Source of the DNA: Candidatus Levyibacteriota bacterium
Lineage (GTDB): Bacteria > Patescibacteriota > Microgenomatia > Levybacterales > UBA12049
Assembly (NCBI GenBank): GCA_027459725.1
Contig: DAIDHK010000001.1
Span: 3,411-67,410 of the forward strand
Length of the DNA stretch: 64,000 bases
Reading direction: 5' to 3'
The notes beneath the pieces are model-generated. The model was not told where the DNA came from and made no database searches. It was given only the letters and a program-made list of their open reading frames with translations. A program made the position numbers and the translations under genes. This document shows, piece by piece, positions 18,692-28,523 of the stretch; the stretch's first letter is position 1, and each line of letters starts with the position of its first letter.

Positions 18692-20290
18692 TTATATTCT
18701 ATGCGTATAATGAACCAGTTTATATATTCTCTCCACCGATACCTGCCACTGCCCGGCAATCTGTGCCTGCCCAAAACCCGCAATTGGAAAATCTGAATTT
18801 GCTATCACCTGACAAGGCTGGGACTCGCAGACTACAAATAGCTGTTTGGTAACAGTTTTGCGCTGCGGATCGTTAATAAGATTATCAATAGTAACAGGAT
18901 CATGATGGGAGATATGAAAAAAGTACAAATAAGCATCAGGAGAATCTCCTTTGGATGCCAAAGCAAAATTAAAGGGTTTGTTATTAGTCTTTTTAATAAT
19001 AAAGTCGGTTACCTGCTGCATCTGGTGCATCTGGTTATTGGGTGCATATTGAACCGGAGTTTTGTAGATATTAAAACCTACTATAAACAGCAGTATGATA
19101 ACAGCCATTGGTATATATATACTTTTAAATTTTTTAATTTTGGTTGCTAGATAGAAAAGATTTCCATAAAGCAGGAAAGGTAAAGGAAACATAAACTCAA
19201 AATAATAATCGTATATTGGTTTATGATAAAAAGAAAAAAGGGATACTCCAAATATAAGCCATAAGCTCAATAAGAGGACAAACAGCTTATCTTTAATAAA
19301 CCGCAGAGCATAAACAGATAAGATAGAAATAATGATAATTACTACCATCCATAAAGCTAATAACCACTGAGGATATAAATCAGTTGTATTGAAGCTGAAG
19401 TCTTTGTAGGGATAATAATAAATTAAATGTGCAAAAAGCCGGAAAAAAACATCCGGGATGGTCACCCAAAACGGATTATGTGTTAAATCATTAGCAGTCG
19501 GATCGCCAATTAAAATAAAACTCCAAATAGCTTTTGTATTTTCAAACTGGTGACGCAGCTCGAAAGCGATGAAGGGCGAAAAACCTATCACAAAACCTGT
19601 CAGTAATTGAAGATACTGTCTGATATCGATAACCAAAGAATTCTTAAAAATCTCAATGTAATTCTTTAATTTTTTGGCAGCTCTAACCATATACCAATTA
19701 CCCAGCAAAACGAAAAAGAAAATCACAATACCGGTAAATACTTCTATATAATGAAGCTGTAGAGTTATACCATACAAAAAACCTGATGAGACTATCCACT
19801 TCCAGCTGGTTTTCTTAACTCCCAGATATAGCCAATAGAGCAAAAGCAAGGTAAAAAAGGGCATCGGATTGGGATTCCAGGAAGACCTGGAATAAGTGAT
19901 TACCAGAGGTGATAGTGCATACAAAATTGAGGCTACTAGGGCCCCACGTATACCAAAAAACTTTCTGGAAATAAAATAAATAAGCCCTACTGTCGCTATG
20001 CTTAATAGAGCAACCATAACCGCCGGCCCAACCGGACTATTGTTAAATATGGCAAAAAACGGCACTATCATGTAATAGTAAATTGGTCCGGTGAAAAAAT
20101 TTCCTGCTGACGCCCGTGGTCCTAACAGCGTTAAATGACCATGCAGGATATTATAAGCAACTAAAGCATCTCTACCCTCATCTCCTAAAAAAGTCAAATA
20201 ACCGGCGATGTTATATAAACGCAAAAATCCGGCCACAGCCAAAATAACAATTAACAATATTAGTTCTTTGTATCTATTCAAGAGTTTCAT
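18692..20290 (-). CDS. GT-C fold membrane glycosyltransferase, ArnT/PMT-like (GT39/GT83-type, polyprenyl-phosphate-sugar dependent)
   Basis: Polytopic. N-terminal YLTFLGDEGRDALVAYNILHG with the DE motif in the first extracytoplasmic loop, typical of ArnT and PMT enzymes. Confidence 0.75.
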   Translation of the reverse strand: MKLLNRYKELILLIVILAVAGFLRLYNIAGYLTFLGDEGRDALVAYNILHGHLTLLGPRASAGNFFTGPIYYYMIVPFFAIFNNSPVGPAVMVALLSIATVGLIYFISRKFFGIRGALVASILYALSPLVITYSRSSWNPNPMPFFTLLLLYWLYLGVKKTSWKWIVSSGFLYGITLQLHYIEVFTGIVIFFFVLLGNWYMVRAAKKLKNYIEIFKNSLVIDIRQYLQLLTGFVIGFSPFIAFELRHQFENTKAIWSFILIGDPTANDLTHNPFWVTIPDVFFRLFAHLIYYYPYKDFSFNTTDLYPQWLLALWMVVIIIISILSVYALRFIKDKLFVLLLSLWLIFGVSLFSFYHKPIYDYYFEFMFPLPFLLYGNLFYLATKIKKFKSIYIPMAVIILLFIVGFNIYKTPVQYAPNNQMHQMQQVTDFIIKKTNNKPFNFALASKGDSPDAYLYFFHISHHDPVTIDNLINDPQRKTVTKQLFVVCESQPCQVIANSDFPIAGFGQAQIAGQWQVSVERIYKLVHYTHRI

Positions 20291-20312
20291 GCGGACTTAA
20301 AAGAATAATCTA

Positions 20313-21506
20313 TTATAATACTCTGTTTTCCTCAACTATCAGATTCTTTTTCAAGTACTGTGTCTTCCAGATAATCTTGTTGTATATAATATAATTCAAA
20401 GGAATAACCAGAAAAATAATGGCCGGGAAAAGAATGGCAATTCTGGTCTTAACCATAAAACCGTAAATGTGCATATTAGGACCCAGCGCCAATTCGGCCA
20501 ACCAGATTGCTGCTACCTGAATAATAATTGATCCTAAAGAAGCAATGTTGAACTTAACCAACTTCATCCAAAAACTCGAGCTTTCTTTTATATGATGAGT
20601 ATCACTAAAAGTCCAGAAATGGTTAATCAAAAAATTAGACAGAATTGCCATTTCAGCGCCTATTCCCACGGCAAAAGAATCCGGAAAATGTAACAAGCGA
20701 GCAGATCCTTCCTGAGCTAATAACTGCACAATAAACCCGGTACCTCCCACAAATAAGAATTTTATAATCCTGACAGAGTCGTCAAACTTCAGACGAAGAA
20801 CCACAAACATTGATTCAAATGACTCCTTTTTATTTATTTTACTCACTCCCTCTTTTCTTTCATAAAAAATAATGGGAATTTCTTTCACTTTTGCTCCCAT
20901 TTTAACCACATCATGCAAAACATGCAGTTTATAAGCAAATGCCTTGGAATAGAGATGCTCCAAATCAACTTTTTTTAAATATTCTGACTTAGTCAACTTA
21001 AAACCAGATGTAATATCATGAATGGAAAAATTCATCCAGACAATACGAGCAAATAACCCGCCAAACTTGCTTAAAATTTTGCGGTGCAATCCCCATTCTT
21101 TGGGTATAGCACCACCCGGAATATAACGACTGCCAATAACATAGTCATAACTCTCATCCATCGCGGCTACCAGACGGGGTAAATCGTGGGGATCATGCTG
21201 AAAATCTGCATCGAATTCAATAACCGCATAAGCATCAAGCTTGTCAATTGCATAGCGCATTGCCCTTGCGTAAGCAGCACCCAGACCTTCTTTATTACCT
21301 TCAAGTAAAAATAAATTTTTATACTCCTTCATATATTTTTCTACTACACCACGAGTTCCATCGGGAGATGAATCATCAGCGATTAGAATGCCCATCTGGT
21401 GATTTTTTATGCGCGGTAGAATATCCTTTTCAAGTAGCGGAACCATCTTCTCGATGTTTGCTTTCTCGTTGTAGGTAGGGATGATAACTATAATCTTCAT
21501 AATCAT
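20313..21506 (-). CDS. Polyprenyl-phosphate glycosyltransferase (GT2, Dpm1/ArnC/GtrB-like) fused to a C-terminal GtrA-like 4-TM domain
   Basis: IIPTYNEKANI, ADDSSPDGT and DADFQHDP (DxD) GT2 motifs. C-terminal FLFVGGTGFIVQL... matches a GtrA-type flippase-associated domain. Confidence 0.8.
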   Translation of the reverse strand: MIMKIIVIIPTYNEKANIEKMVPLLEKDILPRIKNHQMGILIADDSSPDGTRGVVEKYMKEYKNLFLLEGNKEGLGAAYARAMRYAIDKLDAYAVIEFDADFQHDPHDLPRLVAAMDESYDYVIGSRYIPGGAIPKEWGLHRKILSKFGGLFARIVWMNFSIHDITSGFKLTKSEYLKKVDLEHLYSKAFAYKLHVLHDVVKMGAKVKEIPIIFYERKEGVSKINKKESFESMFVVLRLKFDDSVRIIKFLFVGGTGFIVQLLAQEGSARLLHFPDSFAVGIGAEMAILSNFLINHFWTFSDTHHIKESSSFWMKLVKFNIASLGSIIIQVAAIWLAELALGPNMHIYGFMVKTRIAILFPAIIFLVIPLNYIIYNKIIWKTQYLKKNLIVEENRVL

Positions 21507-21541
21507 TGATATATTTAAGCAGAATTTTACTTAAAATATCT

Positions 21542-22513
21542 TTATTTTATTTCAGGCATTAATTCTGACTTGAAATACTCAATGGTTTTTTTCAAACCTT
21601 CCTCCAGACTTACCTTTGGTTCCCAATTTAAAAGCTGTCTGGCTTTAGAAATATCCGGCTGACGCTGGAGTGGATCGTTTTGTGGCAGAGCCTCTGAATA
21701 CTCAATCTTTACGTTTGCACCTACCAGTTTTTTAATCATATCCGCATATTCTAATATCGTGTGTTCTTCCGTAGAGCCAATATTAACTATTTCTCCTTTA
21801 GTATTGGAATCAAACATTAATTTTATCATCCCTTCAACAGTATCATCAACATAGCACAAAGAGCGCGTTTGAGTCCCGTCACCAAAAATTGTAATCGACT
21901 GGCCTTTTAATGCCTGGATTATAAAAACAATGAGCATTCTTAGATCCTTAATATTCATTCCAGGCCCATAAGTATTGAAGATTCTGATTATTCTGGCATT
22001 CAAATTTTTCTCCCGAATATAATATGCAACCAGAGTTTCACCAAATCTCTTGGACTCATCATATACTGATCTGGGACCGGTGGTAGAAACATTACCGTTA
22101 TATGTTTCTTTTTGCGGATGCTGCTGGGGATCTCCATATACTTCCGAGGTGGAGGCAAAAAGAAATTTTGCATTGTTATGTAAAGCAAAGTCAAGAAGAT
22201 TATGGGTTCCTATTGTATTTACCATCATTGTCTCCATAGCCAGTTTATGATAACTGATTTCACTATGATGATTTGGTGAAGCGGGTGAAGCCAGGTGGAA
22301 AACGTAATCAGCAGTCAGATCATCTGATAAAGGAAGAGTAACATCCTGGTGGATAAACTGAAAGTTATCATTTTCTTTTAACCGGTCAATATTTTTCCCG
22401 TTACTGGTTATCAGACTATCGATGGCAATAACTTTATAGCCCATATCCAACAGACGTGTACATAAATGCGAACCAATAAAACCGGCACCCCCGGTTACGA
22501 TAGCTGTTTCCAT
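21542..22513 (-). CDS. UDP-glucuronate decarboxylase (UDP-xylose synthase / ArnA C-terminal-domain-like SDR)
   Basis: GGAGFIGSHL Rossmann motif, SEVYG, YDESKRFGE catalytic Y..K. Overall UXS-like layout. Confidence 0.75.
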   Translation of the reverse strand: METAIVTGGAGFIGSHLCTRLLDMGYKVIAIDSLITSNGKNIDRLKENDNFQFIHQDVTLPLSDDLTADYVFHLASPASPNHHSEISYHKLAMETMMVNTIGTHNLLDFALHNNAKFLFASTSEVYGDPQQHPQKETYNGNVSTTGPRSVYDESKRFGETLVAYYIREKNLNARIIRIFNTYGPGMNIKDLRMLIVFIIQALKGQSITIFGDGTQTRSLCYVDDTVEGMIKLMFDSNTKGEIVNIGSTEEHTILEYADMIKKLVGANVKIEYSEALPQNDPLQRQPDISKARQLLNWEPKVSLEEGLKKTIEYFKSELMPEIK

Positions 22514-22588
22514 AAATCTGACTACTATTGTACAGGAAAAACAGTTGTTGAGAAAAGTCCCTATTTTATGATAGAGTATAGTGGTTGT

Positions 22589-23593
22589 ATGGCAAAAAAC
22601 GCGTTAATAATCGGAGTATCCTCACAGGACGGATCATATCTGGCCGATTTGCTTTTAGAAAAAGGGTATAACGTCACGGGTACGGTACGCCACTCGACCA
22701 GTTTCTATCATGAAAATATAAAGCATCTTTACGGAAAGATCGCAATTGAGATAGCCGATTTAATCGATATAGAAAGTCTTGCTCATGCCATGCGTGATCA
22801 TAAACCCCATGAAGTATATAATCTAGCTGCACAATCAATTCCGGCTGACAGCTGGACTCATCCTTTTTATACAGGTGAAGTTACAGCCTTAGGACCCGTA
22901 AGAGTGATGGAGGCCATCAAACATTTTGCTCCAGAGGCACGTTTTTACCAGGCCACCAGTCGTGAGATTTTCGGTAATATTCAGGCTGAAACAGCCAATG
23001 AAAATACACCCTTTGACGGCAATAATCCTTACGGTATCGCCAAAACTTATGCGCATATGATGACACGATGTTACAGGGAGTCATATAACATGTTTACATG
23101 CGGGGGAATATTGTTTAATCATGAATCACCACGACGCGGACTGCATTTCGTAACCAGGAAAATAACCGCCGGTGCTGCCTGCATAAAAAATAATGTCAAA
23201 AATATGCCCATGAATGAAGCGGGTGAACCATTAATAGGATCTGACGGTAAACTGCATATGGGTTGGCTGAACTCACAACGTGACTGGGGATATGCCAAAG
23301 AATATGTTGAGGCTATGTGGTTAATGCTGCAGCAGGACAAGCCGCACGATTATGTTATCGGCACCAACACAACTCACTCCGTTCGTGAAGTGTGCAAAAT
23401 TGCTTTTGAGCATGTGGGTCTTAACTGGGAAGATTATGTGGTAGAAAATAAAAAGTTTTTCCGTCCGACTGAAATCAAAGAACTTAAAGGAGATTATGCA
23501 AAAGCCAAAAAGGATCTGGGATGGGAACCAAAAACCAGCTTTGAGGATTTAATTAAGATGATGGTAGATACGGATCTGGAAAGATTCAAATAG
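22589..23593 (+). CDS. gmd: GDP-mannose 4,6-dehydratase
   Basis: ALIIGVSSQDGSYLADLLLEKGY, PYGIAKTYAH (YxxxK), FNHESPRRG signature. Start placed at the internal ATG (MAKNALIIG). Confidence 0.85.
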   Translation: MAKNALIIGVSSQDGSYLADLLLEKGYNVTGTVRHSTSFYHENIKHLYGKIAIEIADLIDIESLAHAMRDHKPHEVYNLAAQSIPADSWTHPFYTGEVTALGPVRVMEAIKHFAPEARFYQATSREIFGNIQAETANENTPFDGNNPYGIAKTYAHMMTRCYRESYNMFTCGGILFNHESPRRGLHFVTRKITAGAACIKNNVKNMPMNEAGEPLIGSDGKLHMGWLNSQRDWGYAKEYVEAMWLMLQQDKPHDYVIGTNTTHSVREVCKIAFEHVGLNWEDYVVENKKFFRPTEIKELKGDYAKAKKDLGWEPKTSFEDLIKMMVDTDLERFK

Positions 23594-23640
23594 AATATAA
23601 ACCTTACCTCAAAAATTACTTAAGCGTGCTAACAAATAAG

Positions 23641-24603
23641 CTAGACGTTTTTTCTCCAGTATTCCAATAGATCTTCTAAAGTAGTATCAATATCTATTTC
23701 TGCAATCCATCCTGTTAGATTATTAAACTTAGCCGGATCGCAAACTAATTCAGGTATGTCGCTTGGTCTCATCCGGGAAGGATCCGCTTTAACTTCAATC
23801 CTCACCTGGGACATCTTTAACAACTTATCCAGCAGACTGCCAATTTCATAGGACTGCCCGCTGCCCAAATTATATACTTCACCAGCAATCCCCAGCTCTG
23901 CGGCCAGAACATAAGCTCTTACCATATCGCGAACATCCGTAAAATCACGCTTGGAAGTAATATTTCCGACTCCTATCACAGGCTCTATTTGTTTACTTTC
24001 TATTTTGGCAATCTGCTGAGCAAAGTATGAAATACTAATTTCTGGATTTAAGCGGGGTCCTAAATGATTAAAAGGACGAAGCCTGACAATCGGCATTTTA
24101 TATGCCAAAAAATATTGTAAAGCAATAAAATCCTGGGTGATTTTGGAAACAGCATAAGGATTATCCGGATTTAAGGGAGTCCCTTCATTTATTGGCAAAT
24201 CCTCTTTACTGACCTTACCATAAACATTAGCCGAGGAGATAACAATTACTTTGGTGTCTGATAAATTTTGCCTGCGTAATGCTTCAAATAAATTTATTTG
24301 TGCCGAGGCATTATTATATATAACCAGTGAGGGATTGCGAAAACTATCACTAACAGTACTGATTGCTGCCAGGTGATAAATGACATCAGGCCGGTTAGTC
24401 TCAATCAGATTAGAAACAGATGCAAAATCAGTTAAGTCAGCTTTTACCAGGTGTATATCATCTTTTATTTTTTCAACATTAACCAAGCTTCTGTCTGATA
24501 AATAAGTACCAATAACTACATCTTCAGGACTATTTTCCACTAAATACTCCGCCAAATAACTGCCCGCGAAACCGCTAACTCCAGTAATTAAAATCTTTTT
24601 CAT
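23641..24603 (-). CDS. rmd: GDP-4-dehydro-6-deoxy-D-mannose reductase (GDP-D-rhamnose forming)
   Basis: ITGVSGFAGSYL, NPYAVSK, RPFNHLGP, VGNITSKRDFTDVRDM, VYNLGSGQ and DPSRMRPSD line up closely with Pseudomonas Rmd. Confidence 0.75.
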   Translation of the reverse strand: MKKILITGVSGFAGSYLAEYLVENSPEDVVIGTYLSDRSLVNVEKIKDDIHLVKADLTDFASVSNLIETNRPDVIYHLAAISTVSDSFRNPSLVIYNNASAQINLFEALRRQNLSDTKVIVISSANVYGKVSKEDLPINEGTPLNPDNPYAVSKITQDFIALQYFLAYKMPIVRLRPFNHLGPRLNPEISISYFAQQIAKIESKQIEPVIGVGNITSKRDFTDVRDMVRAYVLAAELGIAGEVYNLGSGQSYEIGSLLDKLLKMSQVRIEVKADPSRMRPSDIPELVCDPAKFNNLTGWIAEIDIDTTLEDLLEYWRKNV

Positions 24604-24658
24604 TAAACGTAGTATAACAGATGAATTTTAAATTTGAAATTAAAGTAATTGAAACAGT

Positions 24659-25954
24659 TTAGCACCCAACACCGAGGTAATTAAAGCCAATTTTTTTCAT
24701 GTCCGCTGGATCGTAAATATTTCTACCATCTATTAAGTTTGGCTGTTTCAACATTGCCTTAACCTTTGACATATCCATTTCTTTAAATTCATTCCATTCG
24801 GTTACCAGCATCAGCAAATTTGCATCTTTGGCCACGTCATATTCATCTTCACAATACGTTATATCTGTTTCATCTTTGAATATCCTTTTTCCATTTTCCG
24901 AAGCAATCGGATCAAAAGTTTGAATCTTTGCACCTGCCTTTAAAAGTGTACGAATGATATATATAGCCGGTGCATCACGCATATCATCAGTATCTGGTTT
25001 AAAAGCCAGACCCAAAACGCCGATTGTTTTACCGCGTACATCCCCCAGCATTTTTTTTGCCTTGGTAACCATCAGCTCCATTGCCTCCTGGTTAATGTCC
25101 TGAGCTGATTTAATCATGGAAAAGTTATATCCATTTTCCTTAGCAATGGCATCCAGAGCCTTCACATCTTTGGGGAAACAGGATCCTCCCCATCCAGCGC
25201 CCGCATTCAAAAAAGCAGTACCAATCCTCCTGTCCAACCCAACTCCCCTCAGTACATCAGGTCCATTGGCACCTGTTTTTTCTGACAACTGAGCAATAGC
25301 ATTAGCAAATGAGATTTTAATAGCCAGAAATGCATTGGAAGCATATTTGATCATCTCAGCTGTGGGAATATTGGTCAAAACCATTTCTCCATCAATAGGT
25401 TTATGTAGCTCTACCAGTTTGTCCTGAGCCTTTTGCGTCTCTGTCCCAATTACAATTCTACTCGGATGAAGCGTATCGGTAATGGCAACTCCCTCACGCA
25501 AAAATTCCGGAACCGATGCCACATCAAATTCAGCTTTCTGCGGTTTAACTTTAGTAATCAATTCTTTAACTTTGAAATTAGTCCCAATCGGCACAGTACT
25601 TTTAACGATTACCACTGTATAATCCTGCAAGTTCTTACCAATCTCTTCTGCTACGGAGAATACAACTGATAAATCTGCTTCACCCGAGGGCATTGGCGGT
25701 GTACCAACAGCAATAAACACAACTTCAGACTTTTTAACACCATCATAGTCCAGTGAAAATAGCAGACGTCCTGCATCAACATTACGCTTAACCATTTCCT
25801 CCAAGCCAGGTTCATAAATGGGTAGAATGCCTTTTTTGAGATTATCAATTTTTTCCTGAGTATGGCCAATGACATGCACGGTATTACCCAAATCAGCAAA
25901 GACCGTAGCTGTCACCAGACCGACATACCCGTGACCTACAAATGTTATTGTCAT
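24659..25954 (-). CDS. ugd: UDP-glucose 6-dehydrogenase
   Basis: ITFVGHGYVGL NAD-binding motif, GGSCFPKDV catalytic Cys, UDPG/GDP-mannose dehydrogenase family layout. Confidence 0.85.
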   Translation of the reverse strand: MTITFVGHGYVGLVTATVFADLGNTVHVIGHTQEKIDNLKKGILPIYEPGLEEMVKRNVDAGRLLFSLDYDGVKKSEVVFIAVGTPPMPSGEADLSVVFSVAEEIGKNLQDYTVVIVKSTVPIGTNFKVKELITKVKPQKAEFDVASVPEFLREGVAITDTLHPSRIVIGTETQKAQDKLVELHKPIDGEMVLTNIPTAEMIKYASNAFLAIKISFANAIAQLSEKTGANGPDVLRGVGLDRRIGTAFLNAGAGWGGSCFPKDVKALDAIAKENGYNFSMIKSAQDINQEAMELMVTKAKKMLGDVRGKTIGVLGLAFKPDTDDMRDAPAIYIIRTLLKAGAKIQTFDPIASENGKRIFKDETDITYCEDEYDVAKDANLLMLVTEWNEFKEMDMSKVKAMLKQPNLIDGRNIYDPADMKKIGFNYLGVGC

Positions 25955-25998
25955 AAAACAAGATTAATTCTAGCACTAAACCGGCTATATAAAAAGAC

Positions 25999-26538
25999 CT
26001 AAATCTTTCCCAATTGCCTGAGTTTATCAACCCATAAGATCAGGGTAATACTTGGTACAGTAGTAATCTCTCCGCTAAAAACTTTTTCCAGTGCGCCCGT
26101 CAAAGACATTTTAACCAGAGTGATATCCTCGTCTGCCTCTAAATTTTTTTCGACCATATTTAGGCCCTTGGCAAAAAACATAATGACTTCCCAGGTTAAA
26201 ATACTTGTAGCAGCATTATACCTCCCTATTTCCAGCCACTCCTTTGCCTGCATACCTGCTTCTTCCGCTAGTTCCTTTTTTGCACTTTCCAACGGACTTA
26301 GTTTATGCTCTACCATCCCACCAATCGTCTGCAGTAAATATTTTTCATACATATAACGATACTGCTTAATAAGATAGATATCACCATTTTCATCCATGGG
26401 CAGAACACAAACAGAAGGATCACGCCGTCCATCCAGATATGTACGCTTTGAACCGTCTTTTAACTGCAGATTAACCTCATTAATTTGGAAAAAATCAGCC
26501 TTCAGAACTGTTTTTTGCGATAAAACCTTTGTACTCAT
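25999..26538 (-). CDS. NUDIX hydrolase (paralog 1 of 3)
   Basis: Nudix box GGMVEhklspLESAKKELAEEAG (GX5EX7REUXEEXGU). Confidence 0.75.
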   Translation of the reverse strand: MSTKVLSQKTVLKADFFQINEVNLQLKDGSKRTYLDGRRDPSVCVLPMDENGDIYLIKQYRYMYEKYLLQTIGGMVEHKLSPLESAKKELAEEAGMQAKEWLEIGRYNAATSILTWEVIMFFAKGLNMVEKNLEADEDITLVKMSLTGALEKVFSGEITTVPSITLILWVDKLRQLGKI

Positions 26539-27080
26539 AATTTATTTTGCTGTAATAATTTATCCACCCATAATATGACATTAATACTAGAAGCAGTATC
26601 TATCTCTCCTGACAATACTTTATTGACCGCCTCAGGTAAAGACATTTTCACCAGTTCAATGTTTTCCGTATCATCCCAGTGGATCTTCCCGTCAAAAGTT
26701 AAATCTTTCGCTATATATAAATGCTGTCTCCAGGTAGAAATACTGGCCGCCGAGTTAATGACACCCAGTTTTTCGATTTTCCCCGCTTTAATACCCGTCT
26801 CCTCCTCCAGCTCTCTACGCACCGTTTTATCCGGATCCTCTCCTTTATTTACCATTCCGGCTATAACTTCCAGATCTCTTTTACCTAAAAGATAGCGGTA
26901 CTGTCTGATCAGAAAAACCTCATTGGTGCCGCAGATAGGTAAGACACTAATAGCGTCATCCCTTTTAACATCCTGATGTTTTTTTTCACTCCCGTCGGGC
27001 AACTTTAAATATGTATCAAAAACTGTAAATAGCTCAGATTTCAAAACAGGTTTTTGAGAAATAACTTTTATATCTTTCAT
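26535..27080 (-). CDS. NUDIX hydrolase (paralog 2 of 3)
   Basis: Nudix box AGMVNKGEDPDKTVRRELEEETG. Same architecture as its neighbours. 4-nt overlaps. Confidence 0.75.
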   Translation of the reverse strand: MKDIKVISQKPVLKSELFTVFDTYLKLPDGSEKKHQDVKRDDAISVLPICGTNEVFLIRQYRYLLGKRDLEVIAGMVNKGEDPDKTVRRELEEETGIKAGKIEKLGVINSAASISTWRQHLYIAKDLTFDGKIHWDDTENIELVKMSLPEAVNKVLSGEIDTASSINVILWVDKLLQQNKL

Positions 27081-27631
27081 ACATCACTTTTTTTTCTTAA
27101 GTACTCTTTTAAATAATAATAGGCTGTGATTGTCGGTCCATCCAGGATTTTTCTCTCCGCTATTAATTTTCCAATCTCCTCCACCGTATAATCTTCATAT
27201 TCAAAAAATTCACCTTTTTCAGGCTTGGGTTTTCCCGATCTTAAATCAGTAGCCAGATAAATATAACATCTTTGATCAGTTATTCCCGGACCATACCAAA
27301 ACCAACCTATCTCTTCCAACTTTCCGGCATGTAAACCCATCTCTTCCTTCAGCTCCTGAACTGCCGTGTCCCGGGGATTTTTCCCCTGCACAAAACCCAT
27401 GGGAAACTCCAGGGAAATAGATTTTACATGATATCTGAACTGTTTTACTAAGTGTACTTGCTTATGGCCAAATATAGGAATAATAATACTAAACGGTGTC
27501 TTACGACGGACATAGTATGTGGCCTGTTCCCCATCTGGCAACAAAACTTCATCTTTCCAGATTTCCCAGTACTTATTCTTATAATCTATCTTTGAGGACA
27601 AAGTCTTCCAGTCGACTGAAATTTTACCCAT
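27077..27631 (-). CDS. NUDIX hydrolase (paralog 3 of 3)
   Basis: Nudix box GFVQGKNPRDTAVQELKEEMGL. Confidence 0.7.
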   Translation of the reverse strand: MGKISVDWKTLSSKIDYKNKYWEIWKDEVLLPDGEQATYYVRRKTPFSIIIPIFGHKQVHLVKQFRYHVKSISLEFPMGFVQGKNPRDTAVQELKEEMGLHAGKLEEIGWFWYGPGITDQRCYIYLATDLRSGKPKPEKGEFFEYEDYTVEEIGKLIAERKILDGPTITAYYYLKEYLRKKSDV

Positions 27632-27647
27632 AAGCTAATCAGATGAT

Positions 27648-28508
27648 TTATGTCTTTTCTTTGATAATTTGCAGTCCCTCACGCAAACTGTGCAGTTTAA
27701 TACCTAAATTTTGTATTTTACTGCTGTTTAACGAAGTGTCAAACGGTCGATATGCCATCCCGGCAAAATACTCCTCCCTGGTAGTAGTACCAATCAGATT
27801 TTTGTCTAATCCAAAAACCTCCGCAATCTGCCCGGCAATCTGGTAGGGAGTTAATGCTTTCAATCCTCCAACATGAAAAATACCTTTTGCCCCCTGGGAG
27901 ATTAGAACATCCATTGCATGAGCCAGATCATCAAGCCAGGTAGGAGTAAAAACTTCATCCGTAATTCCTTTAATAGACAGACCCTGTGATAAACGATTAT
28001 ACATGGCGAACACAAAATGTTTTTTACCGTTAAAAAAATTGTAGGGAAACGCAATACGCAGTATCAAATAATGCAACCCTGAACTCTCAACAATTTTTTC
28101 ACCCTCAGCCTTAGTCACACCATACCAGTTTTTGGGCTCTCTGATATCATCTTCCGTATAATTTCCCCTATCACCAGGGAAAACCAGATCAGTGGAAATA
28201 TATATTAATTTTTTGTTGTTTGTTTTACATGCATTAACTACATTTTTTACACCGTTAACATTAATTTGCCAGGCCTCTCCGTTTTCTCCCTGCTCTTTAT
28301 CTCTCTCACATCCGTCAACATCAGCTTTGGCTGCATAATGAATAAGCCATTCATGATCTTTATCTGAGGAGATAATATTTAAACTTTGCGGATTGGTAAT
28401 ATCAACTCCATCTGTCCGACTTAGGTTCGTCACATTGTATTTATTTTTTAATACCTCACTTACTCTTGAACCTACTAATCCGTTTCCTCCAATAGTAAAA
28501 ATATTCAT
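27648..28508 (-). CDS. rmlD: dTDP-4-dehydrorhamnose reductase
   Basis: Short Rossmann start NIFTIGGNGLVGS, YAAKAD YxxxK. Adjacent to rmlB. Confidence 0.75.
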   Translation of the reverse strand: MNIFTIGGNGLVGSRVSEVLKNKYNVTNLSRTDGVDITNPQSLNIISSDKDHEWLIHYAAKADVDGCERDKEQGENGEAWQINVNGVKNVVNACKTNNKKLIYISTDLVFPGDRGNYTEDDIREPKNWYGVTKAEGEKIVESSGLHYLILRIAFPYNFFNGKKHFVFAMYNRLSQGLSIKGITDEVFTPTWLDDLAHAMDVLISQGAKGIFHVGGLKALTPYQIAGQIAEVFGLDKNLIGTTTREEYFAGMAYRPFDTSLNSSKIQNLGIKLHSLREGLQIIKEKT

Positions 28509-28523
28509 TACAATAAATTATTT

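Noticed and set aside
18556-18783. 75-aa ORF overlapping the 3' end of the GT-C gene
   Set aside because: The first 32 codons overlap the glycosyltransferase in another frame. Only the distal zinc-ribbon part (from the internal ATG at 18687) is plausibly coding.
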